The notes under the pieces were generated by a model that did no database searches, was not told the origin of the DNA, and worked only from the letters and a program-made list of their open reading frames with translations. Positions 46,530-55,525 of a stretch of 55,978 nucleotides of DNA are shown one piece after another. The DNA comes from a virus. Lineage: Duplodnaviria > Caudoviricetes. The DNA lies in IMG/VR virus record IMGVR_UViG_3300022413_000014, positions 1 to 55,978 of that record; one strand, given 5' to 3'. The position numbers and the translations under genes are program-made. The first letter of the stretch is position 1, and each line of letters begins with the position of its first letter.

Positions 46530-48044
46530 TCATTCGCCGTCATTGCTGCGGGAATCGTTTTCGTTTTCGTCACCGGGCTGCTCGAAGGGCTGGCCAAAAC
46601 CGCCATTGGCCGGGGCCATGGATGACATCGCGGCCTTGTCGAGGATATCGGCTGGAATGACGCCCTCTTCCAGTTCAATCTCCTCGATCTCCTCTTCGAG
46701 GGTGCGGCTGGTAACATCACGCTTGAGCATAATCTCGTTGATGGTGCGATAGGAAATGACGCCGCCGCGCTGCTTGAAGGTCAGCATTTCATTCAGCTCG
46801 CTGGCCTCCATCGGATCGTCGGCAAAATCAAGATTGGGCTCGATAAGCACGCCGGCATCATCGACGCCTAGCCAGCGCGCGGCCATGCGCAGCGCTTCCT
46901 GCATGCCGGCGGCCGAGGCCTTGGCGATCGACGTCAGGCTGGCGGTCTGGGCGGCTACACGGATGCGTAGGGCATCACCGGACTCGACCGCAGAGCCACG
47001 CTGCACCAGGCGCGCCGATAGCGCGTTGGCGATCTGGTAGTCCTCGCCGAGGTTGTTGAGCTGGAACTGGATGCCCCGGCTGTCGACGCCGATGAACTTA
47101 GCGTCGCCGCCCTCCTGCATGGCGATGCGCGCGCCGGGGCCGATTTGGATGTCCTCGGTGAGCGTGTTGCCGATGGTGACCAAGGTTTCCTGCCCGGTCA
47201 TGAATAGCGCGTGCCGAAGGTCAGCCTCGCCTAGATAGATCGACATCGAGCGGTTAGCGAGGCCAAGCAGCGGCGGCAGATCGACATTGATGTCGATGTC
47301 GTGGGGGCCGATGAATACGAACGGGATTTCGCCCAAGGTCTGGCCGCGCAGCAGCACCGGCTGGGTTGCGCTGACGTCGAAGGTTTCATCCTCCATGAAC
47401 ATGCCCGAGCTATAGGTGCCGGCGCTCTCGTTCTCAGCGAATTCACCTAGGACCAGGACGCGGTATTTGCGTTCGGTCTTCCATTCCAGCCCGTCGCGGA
47501 CGTTCTCGGTTTCATCCAGCACGACGATGTTGAGGTTTTGCTTGGTGGGATCGCCGGCCTCGCCGTCATCCCAGTTGATTACGCTTTCCGCCGTGTAGGT
47601 CGACAGCAGCGGCAGGATCGACGGGATCTGTACTGGATCTTGCGGAACGTCGACATGAAGCCCCATGCGACCGGTCACTAGCTGTTGCTCGTGGATCTTG
47701 CGCAAGAGATCGACCAGGCTTTCGCCAAGGATGGTCGCCTTGTCCCTAAGCGGTTCCATGGCCTCGGGAAGCTGGATTGACGGCGGCTTGCGGTTGAGGA
47801 TGCCGACCAGAATGTCGACCGTGTCCTTCATCACCTCGGGGAAGACCGCGCGTCGAAGATAGGCTTGATAGCGGCGAAGCCCGTTCTGGCCGGTCAGCAT
47901 GCCTTCAAGATACATGCCTTCGGTCGCGGGGAGATAGGCGAGCCCCTTGGCCTTGACTGCATTCTGGCCGGCATGGCTATCGCGACAAAGCGTCCAAAGG
48001 TCGATGTGGGCCTGATAATCGGGATGCGTGCTGTCGATGGTCAT
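46530..48044 (-). CDS. Portal protein (DUF4055-like)
   Basis: HPDY...W...RD...G...VK.KG..YLP, Y..YL.RA.F, Y.AE.VINW, IPFVF, PPLL.LA. Confidence 0.85.
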   Translation of the reverse strand: MTIDSTHPDYQAHIDLWTLCRDSHAGQNAVKAKGLAYLPATEGMYLEGMLTGQNGLRRYQAYLRRAVFPEVMKDTVDILVGILNRKPPSIQLPEAMEPLRDKATILGESLVDLLRKIHEQQLVTGRMGLHVDVPQDPVQIPSILPLLSTYTAESVINWDDGEAGDPTKQNLNIVVLDETENVRDGLEWKTERKYRVLVLGEFAENESAGTYSSGMFMEDETFDVSATQPVLLRGQTLGEIPFVFIGPHDIDINVDLPPLLGLANRSMSIYLGEADLRHALFMTGQETLVTIGNTLTEDIQIGPGARIAMQEGGDAKFIGVDSRGIQFQLNNLGEDYQIANALSARLVQRGSAVESGDALRIRVAAQTASLTSIAKASAAGMQEALRMAARWLGVDDAGVLIEPNLDFADDPMEASELNEMLTFKQRGGVISYRTINEIMLKRDVTSRTLEEEIEEIELEEGVIPADILDKAAMSSMAPANGGFGQPFEQPGDENENDSRSNDGE

Positions 48045-48163
48045 GGGCGGGCTTGGCTCCGTGGCGACGGCGATCGCCAGAGCCTAGCCAGGCCTGTCAA
48101 GCAGCGTGATGATCGAAGCGAAGTGCTATTGACGTTTGATGATGGTGCCGGCAAGCCTACGCC

Positions 48164-48304
48164 ATGAAACTTGACCGCTATCTAGAGACCTTGCGCCGTA
48201 TGCTGCGCGACCTGTGGGCGACGTCCATGGTCGGCGGCGGCATTGCCATGATTGTGCTGATCGCTGGCGCGCTCCTCATCGCTTGGGCGCTCAATGCGGG
48301 TTAA
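48164..48304 (+). CDS. 46-aa single-TM protein
   Basis: Manual translation MKLDRYLETLRR...GIAMIVLIAGALLIAWALNAG. Confidence 0.4.
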   Translation: MKLDRYLETLRRMLRDLWATSMVGGGIAMIVLIAGALLIAWALNAG

Positions 48305-48398
48305 AAGCTGGATATTCTGGCTGGCAGTTCTGGTCAGCGGACTTGGCGGCGGTGTCGCCGCCGGCGTGGCCATCATCATCTTGAGGGACGGGCTTTAA
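48294..48398 (+). CDS. 34-aa hydrophobic protein
   Basis: MRVKSWIFWLAVLVSGLGGGVAAGVAIIILRDGL; TAATG coupling to next gene. Confidence 0.4.
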   Translation: MRVKSWIFWLAVLVSGLGGGVAAGVAIIILRDGL

Positions 48399-48673
48399 TG
48401 ATCAAGACGGCGGACATCCCTATCGGTCGGCGCTGGCATGACACCGAGTCCGACCAGGTAAAGGTATGGGACGGCGAAGCCTGGCAACTCGACTACCGTG
48501 AGCTTTTAAAGCGCTACATGGCCAACGTCGAGGCGCGCGAAGGCGTGTATTTCATCGAGCCTGGATGGGATGAAAACCCGGATTACGATGTGACCCCTTA
48601 TCCCGGTCTGTCGGACGCCGACCAGATCGAACTCGGCAAGATCGCGAGCGAGATCAGCTATTATGACGGATGA
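48398..48673 (+). CDS. Hypothetical protein (paralog of 39937..40245)
   Basis: DYRELLKRY...EGVY...YPGLSD. Confidence 0.6.
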   Translation: MIKTADIPIGRRWHDTESDQVKVWDGEAWQLDYRELLKRYMANVEAREGVYFIEPGWDENPDYDVTPYPGLSDADQIELGKIASEISYYDG

Positions 48674-48914
48674 GTCATTCCGGAGTATTGTGATGAACAA
48701 GAACCACGCGACCGGCGCTGAAGTCGATGCGCTTTTGGCTGCGATGCCGGATCGCTGCATCGTCTGGCTAAGCGTCGACTCCGAAAGCTATTTCGTTAGG
48801 GCTGTTGGGACCAGGCCTCATGAACAGCCTGATATGCTCGCCTTCAAAAGATCACGTTCAGGCATCGATCAGGCCGTTGCGTTGGCGCGCATGGCCGCTG
48901 CCGAGCAGTCCTGA
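48663..48914 (+). CDS. Hypothetical protein
   Basis: Overlap-coupled ORF. Confidence 0.5.
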   Translation: MTDESFRSIVMNKNHATGAEVDALLAAMPDRCIVWLSVDSESYFVRAVGTRPHEQPDMLAFKRSRSGIDQAVALARMAAAEQS

Positions 48915-49180
48915 TGCCGCTTATTCGTGTTCTTGAGATCCCGCCGCCGACTGGGACATATCATTTCCGTAGCGGCGAGCCCCAGACCTTCATCGAGGTC
49001 GATTGGTTCCGTGATGATGATTACATCGAGGGCCACCCGGACGCGCCGGTGATGACCACCGAGCGCGGTCGCGAACTGATCATCGCGTTCATTAAGCAGA
49101 AGCGCTATTTCAAGCCCGGCAAGGCGTTTCTGGTGCTGCACCAGGACTACAGCATGACCATCGGCTATAGCGCGCCTTAA
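48914..49180 (+). CDS. Hypothetical protein
   Basis: TGATG coupling. Confidence 0.55.
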   Translation: MPLIRVLEIPPPTGTYHFRSGEPQTFIEVDWFRDDDYIEGHPDAPVMTTERGRELIIAFIKQKRYFKPGKAFLVLHQDYSMTIGYSAP

Positions 49181-49482
49181 TAGGGCGTGACGCAGGCGTG
49201 CGCTAGACAGGCGTAATCGGTGGTCCAGTAGCCGACGACGGTACGCCCGTCCGCTAGCTCACCACGACCATAAACCAGCTCGGCATGCTCATATTCTGGA
49301 GGCGTCAGCAGGTCATCGGCATCGCCGGCTGTCACCGTCTCCAGCGAGCGGCAGATTTCCAGCACGATGATACGGCTTTCGGGGGGCAGCAAGCTGCAAA
49401 ACCCGATGATGGTGCCGCGCTGGCGATCTCTGACGGGAATTCCCGGATCGCCTTGGGGAAGGCTTTGGTCCAGGGAAGACAT
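49177..49482 (-). CDS. Hypothetical protein
   Basis: ATG 49482 after AAGGA. Confidence 0.45.
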   Translation of the reverse strand: MSSLDQSLPQGDPGIPVRDRQRGTIIGFCSLLPPESRIIVLEICRSLETVTAGDADDLLTPPEYEHAELVYGRGELADGRTVVGYWTTDYACLAHACVTPY

Positions 49483-49579
49483 GGCTAGGTTCCTTGTCGA
49501 GACGGGCGCGGTGGAAGGATTGAGCCCGCGCCCGTCTCTAGGAGAACATCGGGGCAATCTTATTCATTTCAAATGAAAA

Positions 49580-50048
49580 AAGCAAAAAAGGGCGGTGGCT
49601 TGTCATTTGCCCGAAGGCAGGGGAGAACAAGACACCGCCGAAATCGATTGACCTTGTATAGGTCAAAGCCCATGCCAGCTGCGAGGTCCGTCACAGGAAT
49701 GCAACTGACAATAGGTAATTTAGGGCTATTGACGGTGAATGACTAGGGGGGCTAGCTGTCTGTGGGGAAGGCGGGCCGATGACCGTATGTTGTGATGGCA
49801 TTCCCATCGAGCCACCGTACGGGATTCTTCATCACTGGGTAGCAGTGGTCATCGGCCCCACCATCGGTCTGCGTCTGGCTGGCGAGACAGACCGTTCATG
49901 AAACCATCATCAACAATTATCAACGGTTATTTTCCATCCGACGGAAAAGGGGGCCGACTGGTGCCGGCCCCCTCCCCTTCGTACATTGCGGGATTTCACG
50001 ACGGGTTTTCTGATCGCCTCCTTTCGCTAGCTCTCACCACTAATCGAG
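49580..50048 (-). ncRNA. Candidate structured non-coding RNA
   Basis: No ORF of 60 aa or more; consecutive hairpins; upstream TTGACA-N17-CATGAT; ends in GC hairpin plus U-tract. Confidence 0.45.
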
Positions 50049-50054
50049 ACCGTG

Positions 50055-50083
50055 ATCATGATCTGTGCTGACAACGTTGTCAA
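50055..50083 (-). promoter_or_regulatory. Sigma70-like promoter overlapped by operator
   Basis: TTGACA(50083-50078)-N17-CATGAT(50060-50055); palindrome TGACAACGTTGTCA. Confidence 0.65.
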
Positions 50084-50367
50084 GTATCAGCATCGGTGAT
50101 CACGAATACATCCTCGACGCCGATGCGCATCAGCCGGAGATACCCGGTCTTGATCTCGACCGAGAGCATGTGCCCGCGCGGCACCTCGATATATCCGTTG
50201 CTCTGTGCGTCGCACACGAGCCACATGCGATCATAGCCGTGGTGACTTTCGGCAAAATAACAGTCACCAGGAAGCAGGACGCGCGTGTTGACCTTGACGA
50301 TGTCAAGCCCGGCCGGCATCTCGCCGTCGCCACGTAGGGCTGCCCATAGCTTCCTGATGACCGTCAT
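50080..50367 (-). CDS. Hypothetical protein
   Basis: GAGGAG SD. Confidence 0.5.
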   Translation of the reverse strand: MTVIRKLWAALRGDGEMPAGLDIVKVNTRVLLPGDCYFAESHHGYDRMWLVCDAQSNGYIEVPRGHMLSVEIKTGYLRLMRIGVEDVFVITDADT

Positions 50368-50372
50368 GATGA

Positions 50373-50759
50373 TTACTCCTCGAAAACGTATCCGCGATCT
50401 TCCAGCCACTTCCTTTGCGACGGGGTCAGATCGATATAGCCGTTAGCACCTGGCGTCATAAGGCGCTTGGCGTCTTCGTGTTGCCATCTTTCTATCTTGG
50501 CCCCCACGGTCTCAACCTGGTATTCCTTGGCCGTGACATCTCCGAAGCGCTCGCGGGCTACCGCGTACCATGCGCGCTGCTCTGGCGTCAGATCCTCATG
50601 TCCTGGCAACGGCACCCACATCTCGCTGACGCCATCGAAGTGGTGGGTGCAGCTGATCAGCGCTTCCATGGCGTCGGTCTGCTCCTTCGATCCGGTGACC
50701 TTCATGGCATCGCCATCGCCGACCAGATCGATCCACATCTCGTAGTTCTGCATTGCCAT
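50373..50759 (-). CDS. Hypothetical protein
   Basis: AAGGAG SD. Confidence 0.65.
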   Translation of the reverse strand: MAMQNYEMWIDLVGDGDAMKVTGSKEQTDAMEALISCTHHFDGVSEMWVPLPGHEDLTPEQRAWYAVARERFGDVTAKEYQVETVGAKIERWQHEDAKRLMTPGANGYIDLTPSQRKWLEDRGYVFEE

Positions 50760-50770
50760 TGTGCTCTCCT

Positions 50771-51340
50771 TTACGCTTTCTTCTCCAACGTCGCCCGCGT
50801 GCTGAGCTTGTGCATGTCGAGCAACAGCGCCAAGGCCTGCTTGGCGTGATCATAGGGGACGTATACGTCGACCTTGATCCTGACCTCGTCCCCGTTGCCT
50901 ACGGCAGAAGCCCATGGCGAATATCGACTCATGAATTCGCGCATCTCATTGGTGAACAGATCTTCGATACGTTGCTTAGCTGCCTTGCGCTCGGAACTTA
51001 ACTGCCGGCTATGGACTTTCTGGCCGACCAACATTCGCAGACGCTCGGCGATCTTCTTGATGTTGTACGCGCCTGACCTATTCGGCTTATAGGTCACCGC
51101 CGGTGACGTCCTGATGTTGATCTCTGCATAGCCCGTGTCCTCGCGATGCCACGAATCGCCCCGGCAATACTGGCGAATTGTCAGATCGAAACCGTCGAGA
51201 TTCTCGCCGTTGACGGTCCATCTGCGCTGCCGCCCGGTTTGATCATCATGCGAAAGCGCGACGCCTTCGCCAGCGAGCTGCTCGATGAGCCATGCTGTCC
51301 ATGCAGACTCGTCGTACGTGGTTGGCTGTTCGGTGGACAT
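50771..51340 (-). CDS. Hypothetical protein
   Basis: 189 aa, AAGGGG SD. Confidence 0.65.
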   Translation of the reverse strand: MSTEQPTTYDESAWTAWLIEQLAGEGVALSHDDQTGRQRRWTVNGENLDGFDLTIRQYCRGDSWHREDTGYAEINIRTSPAVTYKPNRSGAYNIKKIAERLRMLVGQKVHSRQLSSERKAAKQRIEDLFTNEMREFMSRYSPWASAVGNGDEVRIKVDVYVPYDHAKQALALLLDMHKLSTRATLEKKA

Positions 51341-51518
51341 TGCTTTCCCCTTCCTTGGTTGGTGGTCTCAGTCGGTGACCGCCCGTAGACGGCCACCTGC
51401 TGACATCACCTCCTTTGCTGATTAAGCCGCTAGCTCGGCCATCTTCTCGGTCAGGTGCCACATGAGGCATAGGACCAGCGCGACGAGCGCGCCGACCCCG
51501 ATGGCCTTGACGATGGCC

Positions 51519-51929
51519 TTATCGACCTGGTTCATCCTCGATCTCCTCGCCCAGAGCTGGAATGAAGCTGGCATCCAGATCCCAATCCCAAGCGAACCGG
51601 CTGAGCGCAATCGCGAACCCTTCAGGACTTTCAATGGCGGTCTGTTCGAGGTTGTCATGAACGCCCTGCAGTTCCGTCAGGAATTGATCCTCACACTCAG
51701 CGAAGAGCGGGGCGATGCTAGGGGCCTGCTTCAACATCTCGATGACGCCCAGGCCCTCGGTGACCTCTCCATAAAGCTCGTTGGGGATCAGATGTCCGAT
51801 GGCGCATTTGTTGCCATCGGGGTCACGATAGGCGCAGGTTGAGCCGTCATCGACCAACGAAAAGTCGTTCTGAGCGATCAGCGCTTTGGCCGCCGTCTCG
51901 AACGCGGTCTGATGGGTGTAGGGTGTCAT
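51519..51929 (-). CDS. Hypothetical phage protein
   Basis: CAYR...G.KCAIG.LIP...Y...LQ.VHD motif; AAGGA SD. Confidence 0.7.
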   Translation of the reverse strand: MTPYTHQTAFETAAKALIAQNDFSLVDDGSTCAYRDPDGNKCAIGHLIPNELYGEVTEGLGVIEMLKQAPSIAPLFAECEDQFLTELQGVHDNLEQTAIESPEGFAIALSRFAWDWDLDASFIPALGEEIEDEPGR

Positions 51930-51946
51930 TTCTCGTTCCTTCCAAT

Positions 51947-51970
51947 GAAAAGGCCCGCCGAAGCGGGCCA
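51947..51970 (-). terminator. Intrinsic terminator-like hairpin
   Basis: GGCCCGC-TTCG-GCGGGCC-TTTT on the minus strand. Confidence 0.6.
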
Positions 51971-51976
51971 GGGTGA

Positions 51977-52186
51977 TCAGGTCCAGCCGAAGCGGGACTT
52001 GAGGTCATCAAGTTCCTTGCGCGTTCGCGCGTCGAACCCGTCCCGCCTAGTCTGGGGCCACCAGCTTTGATGGCGGTCAGGGTTGGCTAAGCGCGCCTCA
52101 AGCGACTTACGCTTGCTCTCGCCGGCCTTGCGGTCGACGGCGTCAAGCTCGGCCTTCAGTCGGTCGAATGCACTATTGACGGTCAT
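51977..52186 (-). CDS. Hypothetical protein
   Basis: AAGGAG SD. Confidence 0.6.
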   Translation of the reverse strand: MTVNSAFDRLKAELDAVDRKAGESKRKSLEARLANPDRHQSWWPQTRRDGFDARTRKELDDLKSRFGWT

Positions 52187-52239
52187 GATGGTCTCCTTGG
52201 TTGAACGATCCTTAGGGGTGCCTGCCGTGGTTGTGCTGG

Positions 52240-52449
52240 TTAGCAGCGTTCCAGGCGGGTTGTTTTTACGAATTCATATCGCTCGCTGACGATGTGCTGG
52301 ATGCGGGCGAAGTTGCCTTTTGACGTCCTGGCCAAGCCGATGATCTGCCACGTTCCGGCAGCCTCGGCCTCGGGGTGCTTCATGACGATGTGATCTCGGC
52401 CGATAACCTGGCCCTTGGCATCTTTTGTTGAGTTGATAAATGCTAGCAT
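52240..52449 (-). CDS. Hypothetical protein
   Basis: ATG 52449 after AGGAG. Confidence 0.55.
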   Translation of the reverse strand: MLAFINSTKDAKGQVIGRDHIVMKHPEAEAAGTWQIIGLARTSKGNFARIQHIVSERYEFVKTTRLERC

Positions 52450-52529
52450 GGGATGTCTCCTGCTCTTTAGGCAGGCACTCCCAAGGGTCGTCGCATTGGC
52501 TTGAAGGTGCCCGCCGAAGCGGGCTTGGC

Positions 52530-52853
52530 TCATTCAATGTCGGCGACAAGATCTGCAAGTGATTCGGTGCGGGCGTTTGCACTGTAGTCGGACAGGACGT
52601 CGATGCCGTTGCCGTGAATGAATAGCATCCATCCAACGCGCTTTGATGCACCCGGAAGAGCATCATCAGTTAGCTTGATGATTGTCTCGTCTGACGATCC
52701 GACATGATAGCCGATCTCTTTGAGGTCAGAACTGTCGACCAGGGTCTCATCTTCGCCGTCGCTGACGGTCACCTTCATGCTTGCATCTATGGCTGCTTTT
52801 AGGATGCGCTCGATGATAAGTCGCTCGATGATGTCAATCTGCGATATGGACAT
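52530..52853 (-). CDS. Hypothetical protein
   Basis: ATG 52853 after GGAGG; V.DGE...GNG.DV.SDY motif. Confidence 0.65.
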   Translation of the reverse strand: MSISQIDIIERLIIERILKAAIDASMKVTVSDGEDETLVDSSDLKEIGYHVGSSDETIIKLTDDALPGASKRVGWMLFIHGNGIDVLSDYSANARTESLADLVADIE

Positions 52854-53028
52854 GGAAGCCTCCAAGCTTAGGGTGGACACTTCCAAGCCAATGTCTTGTT
52901 CTCTGCGCTCCCTACTGGAAGCCCTTCGGGCCCGCGACCTATCCGTCTGACTGTCTGATCCTTGGCTAGAAGGACCGGGCTATCTGGGATCGGTTGGCTC
53001 CGATCGCTTGCCCTTTAACCATGAAACA

Positions 53029-53057
53029 AGTGTACGGACCTATGACAAGCTTGTCAA
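53029..53057 (-). promoter_or_regulatory. Near-consensus sigma70 promoter overlapped by operator
   Basis: TTGACA-N17-TACACT; palindrome TGACAAGCTTGTCA 53043-53056; A/T tract upstream. Confidence 0.8.
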
Positions 53058-53088
53058 CGATGTCGGATAAAAAAATTGCGTTTTGTTT

Positions 53089-53331
53089 TTACCCTGATGA
53101 CGTCCCCTCCTTGGGATTGTTCAGTGTCGTCAGGCAGGCGCGTGCCATGGCCTCAGTCAGGCTGTAAGGGTCGTTTCCCCTAATCGGCACGCTGATCGAT
53201 GGATAACGCGCCATCACCAGAACGTGACGCTGATCAATCGGTGAAAAGTCGACTTCATAGGACGAGAGGCCAGGCTGGCTGATCACGGCGCGGAAGCCGC
53301 CACCGGGCTCGGTCAAGATGACGGGCTTCAT
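53089..53331 (-). CDS. Hypothetical protein
   Basis: AAGGA SD; overlaps upstream stop. Confidence 0.5.
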   Translation of the reverse strand: MKPVILTEPGGGFRAVISQPGLSSYEVDFSPIDQRHVLVMARYPSISVPIRGNDPYSLTEAMARACLTTLNNPKEGTSSG

Positions 53332-53714
53332 AACGGTGTCCTTTTGATCTGGATGTCTGTGCCGCCGCAGTGCTTGCAACGCGCGGTGATGATCTGGTCG
53401 GACTCAGGCTCGTCATCATCAGGGACATAGTCAGGATGCTGCTCGTCCACATGCAGCGTCACCTCACCTCGATCACCCCTCTTGAACGAGATGTCGCAGA
53501 AGCGTTGCAGGCCAGCGGGGAGGAACGCCAGATTGAGGCGAAGGACGCCGTATAGGAGCGCTGCTGCCACCACGATCAGCGCGACGGCGAACCCGGGACC
53601 AGCGTCAGGGACTCGCTCGCGATAGCTACCGAAGACAGCATCGGAAAAGGCCACGATGCCGAGAAGCGCTAGCGGGATGCTGGCTGCTGACTTGATCAGC
53701 TGCGATAGGGTCAC
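53328..53714 (-). CDS. Two-TM membrane protein
   Basis: Two hydrophobic segments; GTGA overlap. Confidence 0.55.
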   Translation of the reverse strand: MTLSQLIKSAASIPLALLGIVAFSDAVFGSYRERVPDAGPGFAVALIVVAAALLYGVLRLNLAFLPAGLQRFCDISFKRGDRGEVTLHVDEQHPDYVPDDDEPESDQIITARCKHCGGTDIQIKRTPL

Positions 53715-54031
53715 TTGTCCGCCCCCTTGAAGATGGCATCTGCCAGCTCATCGAAGGTGGTTGCGCTGATCACTTCGACCTTGGCGTCAGGTCCTCGGCC
53801 TTCGCGCACCCAATCAGCAAAGCTCATGTCGGCCGGGCAGCGCGCCTTGATGTGGTCAAGCTCGTTAAAGCGCTTGGCATCGGCCTCCAAGCCTGGTGCG
53901 CAGTTCGGGCAGGTGGCCTTCGCGCCGAAGATGAAGCCGCCGGACTGATCGCTTGACGTCCAATCTTCATTGCACCAGTCGCACAGCACCAGCGCGCCGA
54001 GGTGGGTGATGGTCTCACGAGTGATGGTCAT
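53711..54031 (-). CDS. CxxC zinc-binding hypothetical protein
   Basis: CDWC...CPNC. Confidence 0.6.
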   Translation of the reverse strand: MTITRETITHLGALVLCDWCNEDWTSSDQSGGFIFGAKATCPNCAPGLEADAKRFNELDHIKARCPADMSFADWVREGRGPDAKVEVISATTFDELADAIFKGADK

Positions 54032-54261
54032 GACCGTTCCTTCCCATCTTTATCGACCGCGCTGTCAAGATCATCCATCAGCACAGCAAGCGAGCGTGCC
54101 ATCAGGCTGTCCGCCGTTGGGTGCAACGTGCTGACGTTCATTATGATCAGCGGGATCGCTTTCTTTATGTTGACCCCAGATGGGTATATCCGAGCTGTGA
54201 TCACGCTATAGGAGGCAATAACCTCAGCCTGATGGCGCTTGCTGTTGATGATCCGGCTCAT
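54028..54261 (-). CDS. Hypothetical protein (paralog of 54574..54822)
   Basis: SK.H.A...IYP...N.K.A.PL...NVS...DSL.A. Confidence 0.55.
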   Translation of the reverse strand: MSRIINSKRHQAEVIASYSVITARIYPSGVNIKKAIPLIIMNVSTLHPTADSLMARSLAVLMDDLDSAVDKDGKERS

Positions 54262-54581
54262 GACCTGGCCACCTTGATCGCGATGTGCTGGACGTGCTCG
54301 CCGTGGGGGATGTCAGGGATCTTGATCGAGGCTTTCTTATAGCCGTCATGGTCATAGTCGATGCGGCTGTCGATGATCTCACCTTTGACGGGGCCACCCT
54401 CATGGGTGCGGTCACGATAAACCGCGATATGCGCCCAATAGGTGCCGTCAGACGTGCGCGTGACCTCGACGTTGCCGCCGGGGAACTCGATTGCTGCGGT
54501 CGAAGGCTCGGGGTGCTTGCGGTCGCCCTCGAATACGATCACGCAGCTGTCGGTGCTATGGGTGACCTTGGCTCTAGCCAT
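54258..54581 (-). CDS. Hypothetical protein
   Basis: Coupled ORF. Confidence 0.6.
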   Translation of the reverse strand: MARAKVTHSTDSCVIVFEGDRKHPEPSTAAIEFPGGNVEVTRTSDGTYWAHIAVYRDRTHEGGPVKGEIIDSRIDYDHDGYKKASIKIPDIPHGEHVQHIAIKVARS

Positions 54582-54822
54582 GTTCCACCTTCCTATTCAG
54601 TTCCAGTGCCTGCTCGACCTTCTGGTCAAGCGCATCCAACAGCGTGGACACGGCCAACGCCGCGAGACTGTCGCTTATTAGGTTGATGTGGCTGACATTG
54701 ACGGTCATCAGCGGCGATGCCGTCTTGACGTTGGCGTTGATCGGGTAGATCTGGATCTCGTTGCATGAGATCGCGGCCGTCAGATGCGCCTTGTGATGCT
54801 TGCTTCTGGTGGTGCTGGCCAT
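54574..54822 (-). CDS. Hypothetical protein (paralog of 54028..54261)
   Basis: AGGAG SD. Confidence 0.55.
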   Translation of the reverse strand: MASTTRSKHHKAHLTAAISCNEIQIYPINANVKTASPLMTVNVSHINLISDSLAALAVSTLLDALDQKVEQALELNRKVEHG

Positions 54823-54831
54823 GGTGGACTC

Positions 54832-55146
54832 CTATTTGAAAGCGCCTGGAACTCGCGGCAAGACCGGACGGCCCTGCGCACGCGTCAGCGCATCGTCGAA
54901 GCTGTTGGCCGGGCGGAAGCCCGAGCGATAAGTAGCGAAGGCGGCTTCCAGCTCAGCCTCGTCTATGTCCTTCAGCCTGTACTTGCCAAGGCACTCGGCC
55001 GCGAGCACGTCGTCGCTGTCGCTGATCAGCCGCTGCTCGATCGAGGCCATGCTTTTGTCGAGAGCGCCGCGCGTCAGCCAGCGCTGCACGATGGCCGCAA
55101 GCATGCCGTCACGCGTGGTGTAGTGCTTATCCTGGAAGATGTTCAT
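54832..55146 (-). CDS. Hypothetical protein
   Basis: Tightly packed ORF. Confidence 0.55.
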   Translation of the reverse strand: MNIFQDKHYTTRDGMLAAIVQRWLTRGALDKSMASIEQRLISDSDDVLAAECLGKYRLKDIDEAELEAAFATYRSGFRPANSFDDALTRAQGRPVLPRVPGAFK

Positions 55147-55152
55147 TGCCGG

Positions 55153-55485
55153 TTACCCTGCCTCAGCGGTCACAAAACCCTCATATTCACAAAGGGCCTC
55201 GACCTCGTCGATCGTCTCTTGATCCTGTCCGTCTCGGACCACTGTGACAGCTTCGCTGCCACGCACGTCTACTCGATAGACGTGGTAGCCGGTGCGCGTG
55301 TCTGCTGGGTTATTGCGTTGGAAATCGTAGCTTCTTCCATGCTCGCCTATATCAGAATCGATCAATTTAGCGGCGGCAATTCCAGCCTTTTCGGCGTCGC
55401 TGTAATCGCTGTTGCTATAACCGACCAAGTCGCGGCTATCTCCAAAAATGTAACCGCTGCCGTTATCTATAAGGATTACGTGCAT
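55153..55485 (-). CDS. Hypothetical protein
   Basis: AGGAG SD; first gene after promoter. Confidence 0.65.
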   Translation of the reverse strand: MHVILIDNGSGYIFGDSRDLVGYSNSDYSDAEKAGIAAAKLIDSDIGEHGRSYDFQRNNPADTRTGYHVYRVDVRGSEAVTVVRDGQDQETIDEVEALCEYEGFVTAEAG

Positions 55486-55525
55486 GTCTCATCTCCTACC
55501 TGCACTACGGTTTACCCATAAAGCA

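Noticed and set aside
49725-49735. 11-nt complementarity (GCTATTGACGG) between the ncRNA candidate and the rep leader at 5744-5754
   Set aside because: Does not extend, and GCTATTGACG also occurs near 41308 and 48125; may be chance or a -35 element
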